Shown piece by piece: positions 12,179 to 20,751 of a DNA stretch of 49,705 nucleotides. This DNA comes from Planctomycetota bacterium (GTDB lineage: Bacteria > Planctomycetota > UBA1135 > UBA2386). A program made the position numbers and the translations under genes. Numbering within the stretch: the first letter of the stretch is position 1; each line of letters begins with the position of its first letter. The notes beneath the pieces were generated by a model. It was not told where the DNA came from, ran no database searches, and saw only the letters and a list, made by a program, of their open reading frames with translations. The stretch is from NCBI GenBank assembly GCA_051274975.1, contig JBNMND010000001.1:1-49705 (forward strand), given 5' to 3'.

Positions 12179-13405
12179 ATGCGCTTTCAGACCGTGTTCG
12201 TTGCCGTGCTCATTGCCACGGCATTGCTGTGTTCGGCTCTGCTGATCAACTCAAGGCGGCCTGTCGACCAAACCCAGCGAGCGACTGCTACGCAGGTCAC
12301 GGCGACTGGCAAATGCGCGGCTTGTCATCGCGGCGAAGCCTCTGCGGTCGTGCACGAATACGAAATGAGCAAGCACGCTGTCGAAGGCGTGACGTGCTTG
12401 GACTGCCACCAGCCACAGGATGGGCAGCAGAGCATTTCGCACAATGGCTTCACGATTTCGACGGATCTGACTTCGAAGAATTGCGCGGCCTGCCACAGCC
12501 AGGAATACGAGCAGTTCTTGCGCAGTCGGCATGCAGCGCCGGCGATGGCTGCTGTGACTGGTATTGCTGGCTTCACGGCTGAGCAAATCGAGCACGCCGA
12601 GCGTTACCACCCAGGAATGGTGAAGCGAGCGGCGAACACGTTGGCGACGTTGGAGGGTGCGAGCGCCATGCAAGTCGGTTGCGTCAAGTGCCACGAGATT
12701 GGCGCCCCCAACCAAGATGGTTCGATCGGGAGTTGCACGGAATGCCATTCGCGCCACAACTCATCGGTCAGTCTCGCGAGGCGGCCAGAGACTTGTGGGC
12801 AATGCCACATGGGGCCCGATCACTCGCAGGTCGAGATCTACCACGAGTCGAAGCATGGCGTGCTGTTTAATGATCAGGTTGATCGCATGAACCTGCATGC
12901 TTCGCCGAAGTCGCTGACCACCGCGGACATGCCGGTGCCGACTTGTGCGACCTGCCACCTCAGTGGGCTCAACGGTCAGGGCGTGACGCATGACACCACG
13001 GAGCGACTGTCCTGGTTGCTGTATGCGCCGGTGTCCGAGAAGCGCAGTAACTATCAGCAAGGTCAAGACGCTATGCAGGCGACGTGCCGCGAGTGTCACA
13101 CGAGCAAGACGGTGACGGAGTTCTACGAAGAGGCCGAGGCGGTTGTTTTGGACGTCAACGGGAAGGTGAAGGAAGCTCTAGCACTCATCGCAGAGGCGCG
13201 CGCGGAAGGGCTATTGACGCCTGAGCCGTTTGATGAAGAGCTTGAGTTTCTCGAGTTCGATATCTGGCACTACTACGGCCGCACGGCGAAGCACGGCGCG
13301 TTCATGGGCGGCGCGGATTTCGTGCAGTGGCACGGCAACTACGAGCTGCTGCACTACAAGGTGAAGATCAAGAAGGCCATCGAGGAACTCCGTGCCAAGA
13401 AATAG
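12179..13405 (+). CDS. Membrane-anchored octahaem c-type cytochrome, hydroxylamine-oxidoreductase (HAO)-like multihaem family
   Basis: Eight CxxCH motifs (CAACH, CLDCH, CAACH, CVKCH, CTECH, CGQCH, CATCH, CRECH). N-terminal TM helix after ATG 12179 (the ORF track starts at TTG 12140). The blocks SCTECHSRH and CGQCHMGPDHSQVEIYHESKHG recall HAO/epsilon-Hao-type octahaem proteins. The family call is from memory and was not searched. Confidence 0.8.
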   Translation: MRFQTVFVAVLIATALLCSALLINSRRPVDQTQRATATQVTATGKCAACHRGEASAVVHEYEMSKHAVEGVTCLDCHQPQDGQQSISHNGFTISTDLTSKNCAACHSQEYEQFLRSRHAAPAMAAVTGIAGFTAEQIEHAERYHPGMVKRAANTLATLEGASAMQVGCVKCHEIGAPNQDGSIGSCTECHSRHNSSVSLARRPETCGQCHMGPDHSQVEIYHESKHGVLFNDQVDRMNLHASPKSLTTADMPVPTCATCHLSGLNGQGVTHDTTERLSWLLYAPVSEKRSNYQQGQDAMQATCRECHTSKTVTEFYEEAEAVVLDVNGKVKEALALIAEARAEGLLTPEPFDEELEFLEFDIWHYYGRTAKHGAFMGGADFVQWHGNYELLHYKVKIKKAIEELRAKK

Positions 13406-14222
13406 CCCGGCGTTGCGAAGGTGGGTCGTCCAGGCCTTCGTTACGGGCAACCTGGCGTTCCTCGCCGTGGACATTTGGTTCGCGCATTCGATGAATGCGT
13501 TTCACCACTGGGCGGAGTGGATTCCGTTTGGGTTCTCGCTGTTGGCGCCACTGCTGTTGCTGCCAGGCATCACTTCGGGTGACCCGTCGACAGCGCGTGG
13601 CAGGCGCTTGGGAATGCTCACCGGTGCTTGCAGTATTCTAGTCGGCATCGCGGGGCTGGTCTGGCACTTGCACGGCACGTTCTTCATCACGCAGACGCTG
13701 CACAACCTTGTCTACACGGCGCCGTTTGCCGCGCCGTTGTCCTACACGGGGCTGGGACTACTGCTGATCCTCAACCGTCTCGAGAGTCCGGGGGCAATCG
13801 CCTATGGCCAATGGGTGATGTTGATGGCTGCGGGCGGCTTCGCGGGCAACTTCGCGCTCACCTTGGCAGACCATGCTCAGAATGGGTTCTTCCACACGTC
13901 GGAATGGATCGCGGTTGCTGCCGCTGCAGTCGGCGTCTCGTTCTTGCTGGTCAATTGCCGCGCGCGCTGTAGCCGATTCGATCTGCTCGTGTGCGCATGG
14001 GTCATGGCATTGCAGGTGTTGGTCGGGCTCCTTGGCGCCGGACTTCACATCGGTGCGATCCTCAAGGGACCAAGCAGCTCAATGCTCGACAACGCGATCC
14101 ACACCGCACCACTGTTTGCCCCGATGCTGTTTGCGGACCTGGCGATTCTCGGTGCGCTCGGTCTGTGGTGCCGCTGGTCTTTGCTCGATGCGGAACCGCA
14201 GATGGCGAGTCGCGTCGCTTAG
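13392..14222 (+). CDS. 8-TM integral membrane protein with internal 4+4 duplication and conserved histidines (unknown family)
   Basis: GTG 13392 overlaps the cytochrome gene by 14 nt. There are eight hydrophobic helices. The two halves align: AHSMNAFHHWAEWI with DHAQNGFFHTSEWI, and WHLHG..LHNLVYTAPFAAPL with GLHIG..LDNAIHTAPLFAPM. Confidence 0.7.
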   Translation: MPRNSPALRRWVVQAFVTGNLAFLAVDIWFAHSMNAFHHWAEWIPFGFSLLAPLLLLPGITSGDPSTARGRRLGMLTGACSILVGIAGLVWHLHGTFFITQTLHNLVYTAPFAAPLSYTGLGLLLILNRLESPGAIAYGQWVMLMAAGGFAGNFALTLADHAQNGFFHTSEWIAVAAAAVGVSFLLVNCRARCSRFDLLVCAWVMALQVLVGLLGAGLHIGAILKGPSSSMLDNAIHTAPLFAPMLFADLAILGALGLWCRWSLLDAEPQMASRVA

Positions 14223-14477
14223 CGTCCAGCGTGACATTGCCTAACATGTCGACCTCACCCGGTGCTTGTGGCTGCCGTCATCTGACCATTGGCCTGCGTC
14301 GGTATGATTCGAGAATTGTTGGTCGAGTTCTTCTGCGGACTGACGGAACCGCCCAATGCCATGGCATGTCCGTTCCGGTAGAGCGACACCAGTGTCTCGA
14401 TTCGGTGAATGGCAAGTCGTTGCACAGCTACTCGCGGCAATCGCAGCTATACTGATTCGACTCCCATCCGAGGAACC

Positions 14478-14696
14478 ATGACCGAACAAGCAACCGACGA
14501 GCAGAACGAAACCAACGACGACTTCCTGAACGCAGCTCAGGAACAAGAGCGTGGGCTGGTCTCGGAGTTTGTCATGTTCATGGCCGAGAACAAGATGTGG
14601 TGGCTTACGCCGATCTTGGTCGTGTTTGGCTTGCTCGGTGTGCTGCTAGTGCTCGGAGCGACCGGCGTCGCACCGTTCATCTACACGCTGTTCTAA
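14478..14696 (+). CDS. DUF5989 / SxtK-like small membrane protein, copy 1
   Basis: ORF 14409..14696. ATG 14478 is preceded by AGGAA. 72 aa with an acidic N-tail, one TM helix and the family-typical C-terminus GATGVAPFIYTLF. Confidence 0.75.
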   Translation: MTEQATDEQNETNDDFLNAAQEQERGLVSEFVMFMAENKMWWLTPILVVFGLLGVLLVLGATGVAPFIYTLF

Positions 14697-14929
14697 TGAG
14701 CGAGCGCGACACCAACGGGCGCGAAATCAGCGAACGCGACGGTGCCAAAGAGTTCGCCGCTGCTGGCCAAGCTAAAGAACGTGGCCTGGTTGGCGAGTTG
14801 GTGTCGTTTATGGCTGAGACTCGCAGCTGGTGGATGTTGCCGCTGCTGATCGTATTCGGTTTGCTTGGAGTGATCCTTGTGCTCGGTGCCACGGGCGTCG
14901 CACCGTTCCTCTACCCGTTGTTCGGTTAG
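14696..14929 (+). CDS. DUF5989 / SxtK-like small membrane protein, copy 2
   Basis: Within ORF 14597..14929. ATG 14696 overlaps the copy-1 stop (TAATG). 77 aa ending GATGVAPFLYPLFG. A clear paralogue of copy 1. Confidence 0.7.
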   Translation: MSERDTNGREISERDGAKEFAAAGQAKERGLVGELVSFMAETRSWWMLPLLIVFGLLGVILVLGATGVAPFLYPLFG

Positions 14930-14938
14930 CGATCGCTA

Positions 14939-14967
14939 GAGCTGCACGCATTCGATTGCGTGCGCTC
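14939..14967 (+). terminator. Hairpin downstream of the second DUF5989 gene (terminator-like, no U-tract)
   Basis: GCACGCA-TTCGAT-TGCGTGC is a perfect 7-bp stem, extendable with one bulge (GAGCT.../...GCTC). It starts 10 nt after the TAG at 14927-14929 and lies upstream of the sigma-factor gene. Confidence 0.3.
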
Positions 14968-15067
14968 GCCCCTCGCTGGTCTCGGAACGCGACGTCCTCG
15001 TCGTCCACTGCGCGGAAAACCCGCAGTCGCGTCGATATCAGGTGCACACACCACGAGGAGGAATGCC

Positions 15068-15922
15068 ATGCGAGATCACGGTCTCGATACATACCTGGCC
15101 GACATCAACGAAGTTGCGTTGTTGGCGCCAGAACAGGAAATTGAGTTGTCGAAGCGCATCCAGGTCGGCGACTTGGAAGCGCGCGAACACATGATCAGGG
15201 CCAATCTGCGCCTGGTTGTTTCGATTGCTAAGAACTACGTCAACCGCGGCTTGTCGTTCATGGACCTCATCGAAGAGGGGAACATCGGGCTGATGAAGGC
15301 GGTCGAGAAGTTTGACCACAACGCTGGTTGCCGCTTCTCCACCTATGCGACTTGGTGGATCAAGCAAGGCATTCGCCGGTCCTTGGTCAACACGGTGAAG
15401 ACCGTGCGAGTCCCGTCCTACATGTCGGAGATCGTGTCGCGCTGGAAGGCGACTGCGATGGAGCTCAATTACCGATTGGGGCGGCAAGCGACGACGGGTG
15501 AGATCGCGGAAGAGCTCGACTTGCCCGAGAACAACTGGGATGTCGTGCGTGACACCGTGCAGGCGAACTCGCAGCCGATGCACTCGGTTAACGATGATGC
15601 GGGCGCTGCGTTCGCCGATGTGATTGAGGACACGCGCACCCGTTCGCCGGAGGACCAGATCCTCGAAGCGATGGAGATAGGCCGCATGCACGAGTTGATT
15701 GAGAGGCTCGACACGCGTGAGGCTCGGATCCTCAGACTGCGGTTCGGACTCGGCAACGGTGAACCGATGACGCTCAAAGCCATCGGCAAGCGTTTCGGCC
15801 TGACTCGCGAGCGCGTTCGCCAGATGGAACAGCAAGCACTCGAGAAGCTGGGTGAAGTGATGTCGCGCGAGTTCGGCGAAGAGCGCCCACCATCGCGGGT
15901 CAAACGCAAGAACGCGACCTAG
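15068..15922 (+). CDS. RNA polymerase sigma-70 family factor (RpoD/RpoS-like, regions 1.2-4)
   Basis: ORF 14960..15922. ATG 15068 is preceded by GAGGAGGA. Region 2 reads [18 protein letters not shown]...[15 protein letters not shown]. Region 4 HTH reads [27 protein letters not shown]. Confidence 0.9.
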   Translation: MRDHGLDTYLADINEVALLAPEQEIELSKRIQVGDLEAREHMIRANLRLVVSIAKNYVNRGLSFMDLIEEGNIGLMKAVEKFDHNAGCRFSTYATWWIKQGIRRSLVNTVKTVRVPSYMSEIVSRWKATAMELNYRLGRQATTGEIAEELDLPENNWDVVRDTVQANSQPMHSVNDDAGAAFADVIEDTRTRSPEDQILEAMEIGRMHELIERLDTREARILRLRFGLGNGEPMTLKAIGKRFGLTRERVRQMEQQALEKLGEVMSREFGEERPPSRVKRKNAT

Positions 15923-15987
15923 CGTCGAGATGCCGTGGGCCTACCTGTCGGGCTCATAGCCCCGATGTCTGCTTGCCGGAAGTTGGC

Positions 15988-16055
15988 GTACTGTACCGGG
16001 TTCAATCCACCAGATCGGCCATGGCGGAAGTGGTGGTTTGAACCGGGTACAGTAC
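15988..16055. repeat. 68-nt imperfect palindrome between the sigma-factor gene and hemW
   Basis: Pairing outward from the centre (16021/16022) gives 29 of 34 complementary positions. The arms are GTACTGTACCGGGTTCAATCCACCA and TGGTGGTTTGAACCGGGTACAGTAC, around a GCCATGGC core. It starts 66 nt after the sigma stop and ends 24 nt before the hemW GTG. Confidence 0.8.
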
Positions 16056-16078
16056 ACAAACCGGGGTAGGTTGGGGCT

Positions 16079-17251
16079 GTGGCGAATGATGAGCAGCTTG
16101 CAGTTGGCACCGGCACTTCGCTGTATGTGCATGTCCCGTTCTGCGTGGTGAAGTGCGGCTACTGCGACTTCAACTCCTACGTGGTTGAAGAGGGTGCGGC
16201 GCACGATCGCTTCCTCGATGCCTTGGAAGCGGAGATCGCGCGGCGGTGGCATGGCCAGCGACCGGTGTCGGTGTTCTTTGGCGGTGGCACGCCGAGCTTG
16301 CTGTCGCCGCCGCGGCTGCAGCGTTTGTTCGAGATCATCGGGGCCCAGGTGGACCTTGCCGGTTGCGGTGAGGTTTCGATGGAAGCGAACCCCGAGAGCT
16401 TCACAGTTGAGAAGGCGCAGATTGCACGAGCGGGCGGCGTCAACCGGATCAGCATCGGCACGCAGACGTTCCACGCCCATCACTTGCGATTCCTCGATCG
16501 GGCGCATGATGCAGAAGGTGCGGAGGCGGCGTTCGCGGCGGCGCGGGAGGCGGGCTTCGACAACGTCAGCATCGATCTGATGTTTGGCATTCCTGGCGAG
16601 ACGCTCGCCGAATGGCAGAGCGACCTCGAACGCGCGCTGCAACTCGGGACCGACCACCTGTCTTGCTACAACCTGACGTTCGAACCTGGCACGCGGCTGC
16701 AGCGCGATCGGCTGCAGGGAAAGACTGGGCCGAACGATCAGGAGATCGATCGCGCGATGTTCGAGTGGACGCGGCAGCGGCTAGGCGAAGCGGGGTTTGA
16801 TGCCTACGAGGTGAGTAACTTCGCTGGCGGCGGTGGTCCGTGCCTACACAACGATCACTATTGGCTGCAGGGCAACTACGTCGGTGTTGGACCGGGCGCT
16901 TGCAGTCATCACGATGGCATTCGCGTGACCAACATCAAGCCGCTCGATGCTTGGGTGGATGCGGCGTTGGCGGGCCTGACGTGCACGTCTTCTGCTGAGA
17001 CCTTGCGGCCGATGCAGCGCGCTGCCGAAGCTTTGTGGCTTGGCATTCGACGAACGAAGGGCGTCAACCTGGCGGCCACCGAGAAGCGCTTGGGTCTCGA
17101 CATGCGCGCTATGTTTGAACCGTTGGTCGCGCGGCAGCAGCGCGAGCAGATGGTCGAATACGACGGCTCGATGTTGCGTTTGGTTGGCGAGGGTTTGTTG
17201 CTCGCCGACCAGGTCGGAGGCGACTATCTAGGAGCCGCCGTCAACGATTGA
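16079..17251 (+). CDS. hemW: Radical SAM haem chaperone HemW (HemN-like, coproporphyrinogen oxidase-related)
   Basis: 390 aa. LYVHVPFCVVKCGYCDFNS (CxxxCxxC radical SAM motif) and a HemN-like C-terminal domain. GTG start. Confidence 0.85.
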   Translation: MANDEQLAVGTGTSLYVHVPFCVVKCGYCDFNSYVVEEGAAHDRFLDALEAEIARRWHGQRPVSVFFGGGTPSLLSPPRLQRLFEIIGAQVDLAGCGEVSMEANPESFTVEKAQIARAGGVNRISIGTQTFHAHHLRFLDRAHDAEGAEAAFAAAREAGFDNVSIDLMFGIPGETLAEWQSDLERALQLGTDHLSCYNLTFEPGTRLQRDRLQGKTGPNDQEIDRAMFEWTRQRLGEAGFDAYEVSNFAGGGGPCLHNDHYWLQGNYVGVGPGACSHHDGIRVTNIKPLDAWVDAALAGLTCTSSAETLRPMQRAAEALWLGIRRTKGVNLAATEKRLGLDMRAMFEPLVARQQREQMVEYDGSMLRLVGEGLLLADQVGGDYLGAAVND

Positions 17252-17352
17252 GCCACGGGCGCTTGCCTTGGGGCCTTCTCCGCCGCTAGCGTCAGGCGCG
17301 CAACACCCAGCTCGTGGCTGGGTTGTCGCAAGCGGCACTGCTTCAGGCTTGG

Positions 17353-19203
17353 CTATCGGCCCATTGCGGCCGCGAAGCCAGCGCCGGCGCCAACCAGGGC
17401 ACCAAGCATGAGCAGCGTTTCTGTGCCGAACGGGCTGACGTCGACCGTCTCGGTGCCGTTGGCGTCCGTCTTCGTGTAGCTGACCGAAGCGAACAGGTGA
17501 CGCGTCAGGGTCTCCGAATCGGGGAGCAGTGACATGTCGATCGGGACTTCTTCGGGCATCGGCACGAAGGCGAGCACGCCGGTGGCGAGCTGATACATGC
17601 TTTCGAAGTCGGCTTTCCAGTCCTTGAACGAGAGGCTCGTGACGCCCTGCGGGATCGAATCCGCGACGGCCATGAACTCCTTGTTGCTGCGGATGTCACC
17701 CTTCGGGTTGTCTTCGCGGTCCATGCGCTTGAAGACGCGCTTGACGTCGCTGGCTGAAAAGCCGAGCACCATGTAGCCATCCTTGAACGCGAACGTCGGC
17801 TGGAACATGTCGAAGATGTTGAAGCCCATGTCACTCGAGTCGTAGTTGACCTGAATGGCGTAGGACTTCACTCCGCGCTTGGTGCCTTCTTCGATCTCGA
17901 TCATGCCTTGCGTCAGCGCGGTGAGGTTCTTCAGAGCACTGACGAGCTTCTCCTCGTTGTTGATCTTCAGCAGCATCGCGACTTCGGGAGCCGACGAGAT
18001 TGTGCCCATCGGCATCGACCAGCTGATGACGTGATTGCCGATCGAGCCGAACAGGTCGCCGCGAATCGTGAAGCCGAGTTGGCCTTCGATCTGCGCCAGT
18101 TGGCCGAGCATTTGCTTGGCCAGGTCCGGGTTGTAGGCGGTCAGGCCCTTGAGCAGTGTGTCGTAGATTTCGCCGACATCGATGGCGCTAGCGCTGAACG
18201 AAACGGCGTCCTTCGGGACCCACTTCAGGAACTTGGTGTCAACGCTCGTGGTCGCGGCGGTGCCGTTACCGGGCGTCGCGTGGTAGGACTTGGTGACGCT
18301 CTTGCCGTCGATGTAGCTCGACGATGCGGCCATCGTGCCGATGTTGCGCATGCCCATCGCTTGCACGGCGCGTTCAACGCCATCCATGTCGACCATGGCG
18401 AAGTCGCTCTCTTCCTCGACGGCGATGCGCAGCGCGGTCATCGCGAAGTCGATCATCGGATCCGGGGCCATGAAGAACTGTGCTTCGGCGCCGGCCGTGT
18501 TGAGATTCTTGGTGGCGACAGCAAAGCCCGGAGCAGTTGAGAGCGCCGGGGTCTTGTTGTTCATGTTGGTGACGATGGCCGTGATGTCGTCCGTCAACGT
18601 GCCGATCAGGATGCCGTTCGGCACCATGGCGATGTTGAGGCTCATCTCTATCGCCGCTTCTTCCGGCGGGGAGAGCGTGATCATCTTGACGTCACCGATC
18701 ATCGTCTCGGTGCGTTGGATCTCGTCGCCAGCTTGCTGAGCGAGAAGGCCGAGGCCCATCTGAATGAGCATGTTCCACGTTGGCGCGGACTGACCAAAGT
18801 CCATGTGGGCGACCATGCCGAACTTCGGGCGCGGGCCGAGATCGGATTCGGTCAGGCCCATCTCCGTGAGTGCGAACGTGACGCCGTTGAGGCGGAGCTT
18901 CATCAGCTCATCGGGATTGATCGGCAGGTGGCCTGCCTTGTGCATCTCGCGCGCCTGCTCCAGCTGCTCTTCAATCTGCTCTTGCGCCATTTCCATGACG
19001 TCGGCGAAGAATGTCTGCACTTCATCTTCCGCCCACATCTTGGCGAGCGGCATCTGCTGGAACTCGGCGACGGACATCGACAGGTCCGGAACCGACACTG
19101 CCATGATCGTCTTCTTCGGCAGGTAGGGGAGCATCCCCTGGGCGGTGAGCGGTGCTGCCATCAATGCGATGGCGGTCAGTGAACAGGTGGAGATCAATTT
19201 CAT
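17353..19203 (-). CDS. Secreted methionine-rich hypothetical protein with C-terminal hydrophobic tail (possibly DUF3352-like)
   Basis: ORF 17353..19326. ATG 19203 gives the signal peptide MKLISTCSLTAIALMAAPLTAQG. My hand count is about 44 Met in 616 aa. It ends in TETLLMLGALVGAGAGFAAAMGR. Confidence 0.7.
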   Translation of the reverse strand: MKLISTCSLTAIALMAAPLTAQGMLPYLPKKTIMAVSVPDLSMSVAEFQQMPLAKMWAEDEVQTFFADVMEMAQEQIEEQLEQAREMHKAGHLPINPDELMKLRLNGVTFALTEMGLTESDLGPRPKFGMVAHMDFGQSAPTWNMLIQMGLGLLAQQAGDEIQRTETMIGDVKMITLSPPEEAAIEMSLNIAMVPNGILIGTLTDDITAIVTNMNNKTPALSTAPGFAVATKNLNTAGAEAQFFMAPDPMIDFAMTALRIAVEEESDFAMVDMDGVERAVQAMGMRNIGTMAASSSYIDGKSVTKSYHATPGNGTAATTSVDTKFLKWVPKDAVSFSASAIDVGEIYDTLLKGLTAYNPDLAKQMLGQLAQIEGQLGFTIRGDLFGSIGNHVISWSMPMGTISSAPEVAMLLKINNEEKLVSALKNLTALTQGMIEIEEGTKRGVKSYAIQVNYDSSDMGFNIFDMFQPTFAFKDGYMVLGFSASDVKRVFKRMDREDNPKGDIRSNKEFMAVADSIPQGVTSLSFKDWKADFESMYQLATGVLAFVPMPEEVPIDMSLLPDSETLTRHLFASVSYTKTDANGTETVDVSPFGTETLLMLGALVGAGAGFAAAMGR

Positions 19204-19332
19204 GGGAGTGGCTTGCTGGTCAGTACAGGGCCACGGCGGCCGAGACCGCCGGGGCTGAACGGGAAGTGGACGCATGACGTCCGATTCCTGTCGCGGGGAG
19301 TGTCCCGCTCGCGACTGATGAGGCAAGCCTCC

Positions 19333-20703
19333 CTACTTGGCTTTTGGCGCTTTGTCGATCAGTTCCATCATGTAACCGACAATTGGTTGCTGATTGGCCG
19401 CGAGAAGCGTCTCGAGCTTGGTGATGGCTTTGCCAACACTTGCTTTGCCTTTGCCGGACAAAGCATTCGTGACGCCAACCATTGCGTCGGTGACCTCGCG
19501 GTTGCCGCCCTGCGTAGCGTAGGACAGTAGCAGCCCCGCCTGGAACAGGTTGAAGGCGATCTGCGGCGGTTCCATGCCGCCGTTGAGGGCGAAGCCGTTG
19601 AAGAACGACTTGATGTTGCTGACCCCGCCCTTGGCGACGTGTTGCTTGCCGAACCAGCCGGCGTCCGAGTCATTTTCGAAACGCGACGTGTAGCTGCCGA
19701 CGCCGTGCACGAACCACAACGGCAGGTCGGAGCCGCCTTCTTCGGCTATGGCGTTCACGTAGGCGATGGCGGCAGCATGGCGAATGTAGCGCTGGCCCCA
19801 ATCTTTGTGGTTCTCGCAGACGGCCGGACGAACCTCGCCTTGGCCAGGGATCGAGAACTCGGCGTCATCGCGGATCAGGAACGCGCCCGCGACATCGGTG
19901 CCGTCGCCTAGTTGGGTCGCGTATAGACGGAACTCAGCCTGCGTCTGCGAGATGATGATCAGCGGTCGCTTCGCCGGCGCCGCGACGCGGCCACCGAACA
20001 GTGGCGAGACCTTCTCGATGCCTTGCTCGACGTGATTCTTGAGCTCATCGATTTTCTCGATCGGCAGGGTGCTAATCACCTGCGCGTTTGCGGTGCGAAT
20101 GAGCCACGGGCGGCCGAACTCACCGTGGTACTTGTTGGCTTCCTTCTGATCGACCCATTTGCCGTCGCGCCGCGGGAAGTAGCCGGTGCTGGCCTTCTCA
20201 AGGTTGGCCTTGTCGATCAGTTGGCCGGTCTTCGGGTGGCGAACCTTGCCAGCTTGCAGTTGCTCCTTCTCGTCGCGAGTGACCTTCTCACCCTCGTGGT
20301 TGAAGATGCCTTTGCGCGCGTCGGCAACCTCTTCGGCGGAAACCCAGATGTCGTCGATCTTCTTGTAGCCCTTGGCTGAATACTCCGCATGCATGGCCTT
20401 GGCGCGGATCTTCTTGGCGGACTTCTCCGAGTACCACTTGCCGTCAATCAGTTGATTCCCGAGCTCCGTGTTGGCGCCGGCATGACCCTTCGAAAGCCTC
20501 AGAACCTTCGTGAAGATGCGTTTGGCGTCCTTTGCGAGGCTGTTGTCCTTTGCCCACGCACCGGCTTCAAAGAGTGCGTCCGGGTCCTTCTTTGCGGAGG
20601 ACTCTAGCTTCTTCAACTGCCGCTTGAGGGCGGATGCGCTTTGCGAGGCGAGCGGGGCGGCGAGGATCGCGAGAGCTAACGGGATACAGGTGGACAGTTT
20701 CAT
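19333..20703 (-). CDS. Secreted Lys-rich hypothetical protein
   Basis: 456 aa. Signal peptide MKLSTCIPLALAILAAPLASQS. Coding-like composition. I recognise no family motif (no HExxH). Confidence 0.65.
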   Translation of the reverse strand: MKLSTCIPLALAILAAPLASQSASALKRQLKKLESSAKKDPDALFEAGAWAKDNSLAKDAKRIFTKVLRLSKGHAGANTELGNQLIDGKWYSEKSAKKIRAKAMHAEYSAKGYKKIDDIWVSAEEVADARKGIFNHEGEKVTRDEKEQLQAGKVRHPKTGQLIDKANLEKASTGYFPRRDGKWVDQKEANKYHGEFGRPWLIRTANAQVISTLPIEKIDELKNHVEQGIEKVSPLFGGRVAAPAKRPLIIISQTQAEFRLYATQLGDGTDVAGAFLIRDDAEFSIPGQGEVRPAVCENHKDWGQRYIRHAAAIAYVNAIAEEGGSDLPLWFVHGVGSYTSRFENDSDAGWFGKQHVAKGGVSNIKSFFNGFALNGGMEPPQIAFNLFQAGLLLSYATQGGNREVTDAMVGVTNALSGKGKASVGKAITKLETLLAANQQPIVGYMMELIDKAPKAK

Positions 20704-20751
20704 GGTGATGTAAGGAAGGGATGGCGAGCGCGTGTCACTACCGGCGTTCGC

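Noticed and set aside
14420-14453. TTGCAC ... TATACT promoter-like hexamers upstream of the first DUF5989 gene
   Set aside because: The spacer is 22 nt, too long for a canonical sigma-70 promoter. Promoter rules for this lineage are uncertain, so no feature is called.
15998-16008. tRNA T-loop-like GGGTTCAATCC
   Set aside because: No complementary T-stem, acceptor stem or anticodon arm can be drawn. The string is part of the left arm of the 68-nt palindrome. I could not fold a tRNA anywhere in the window.
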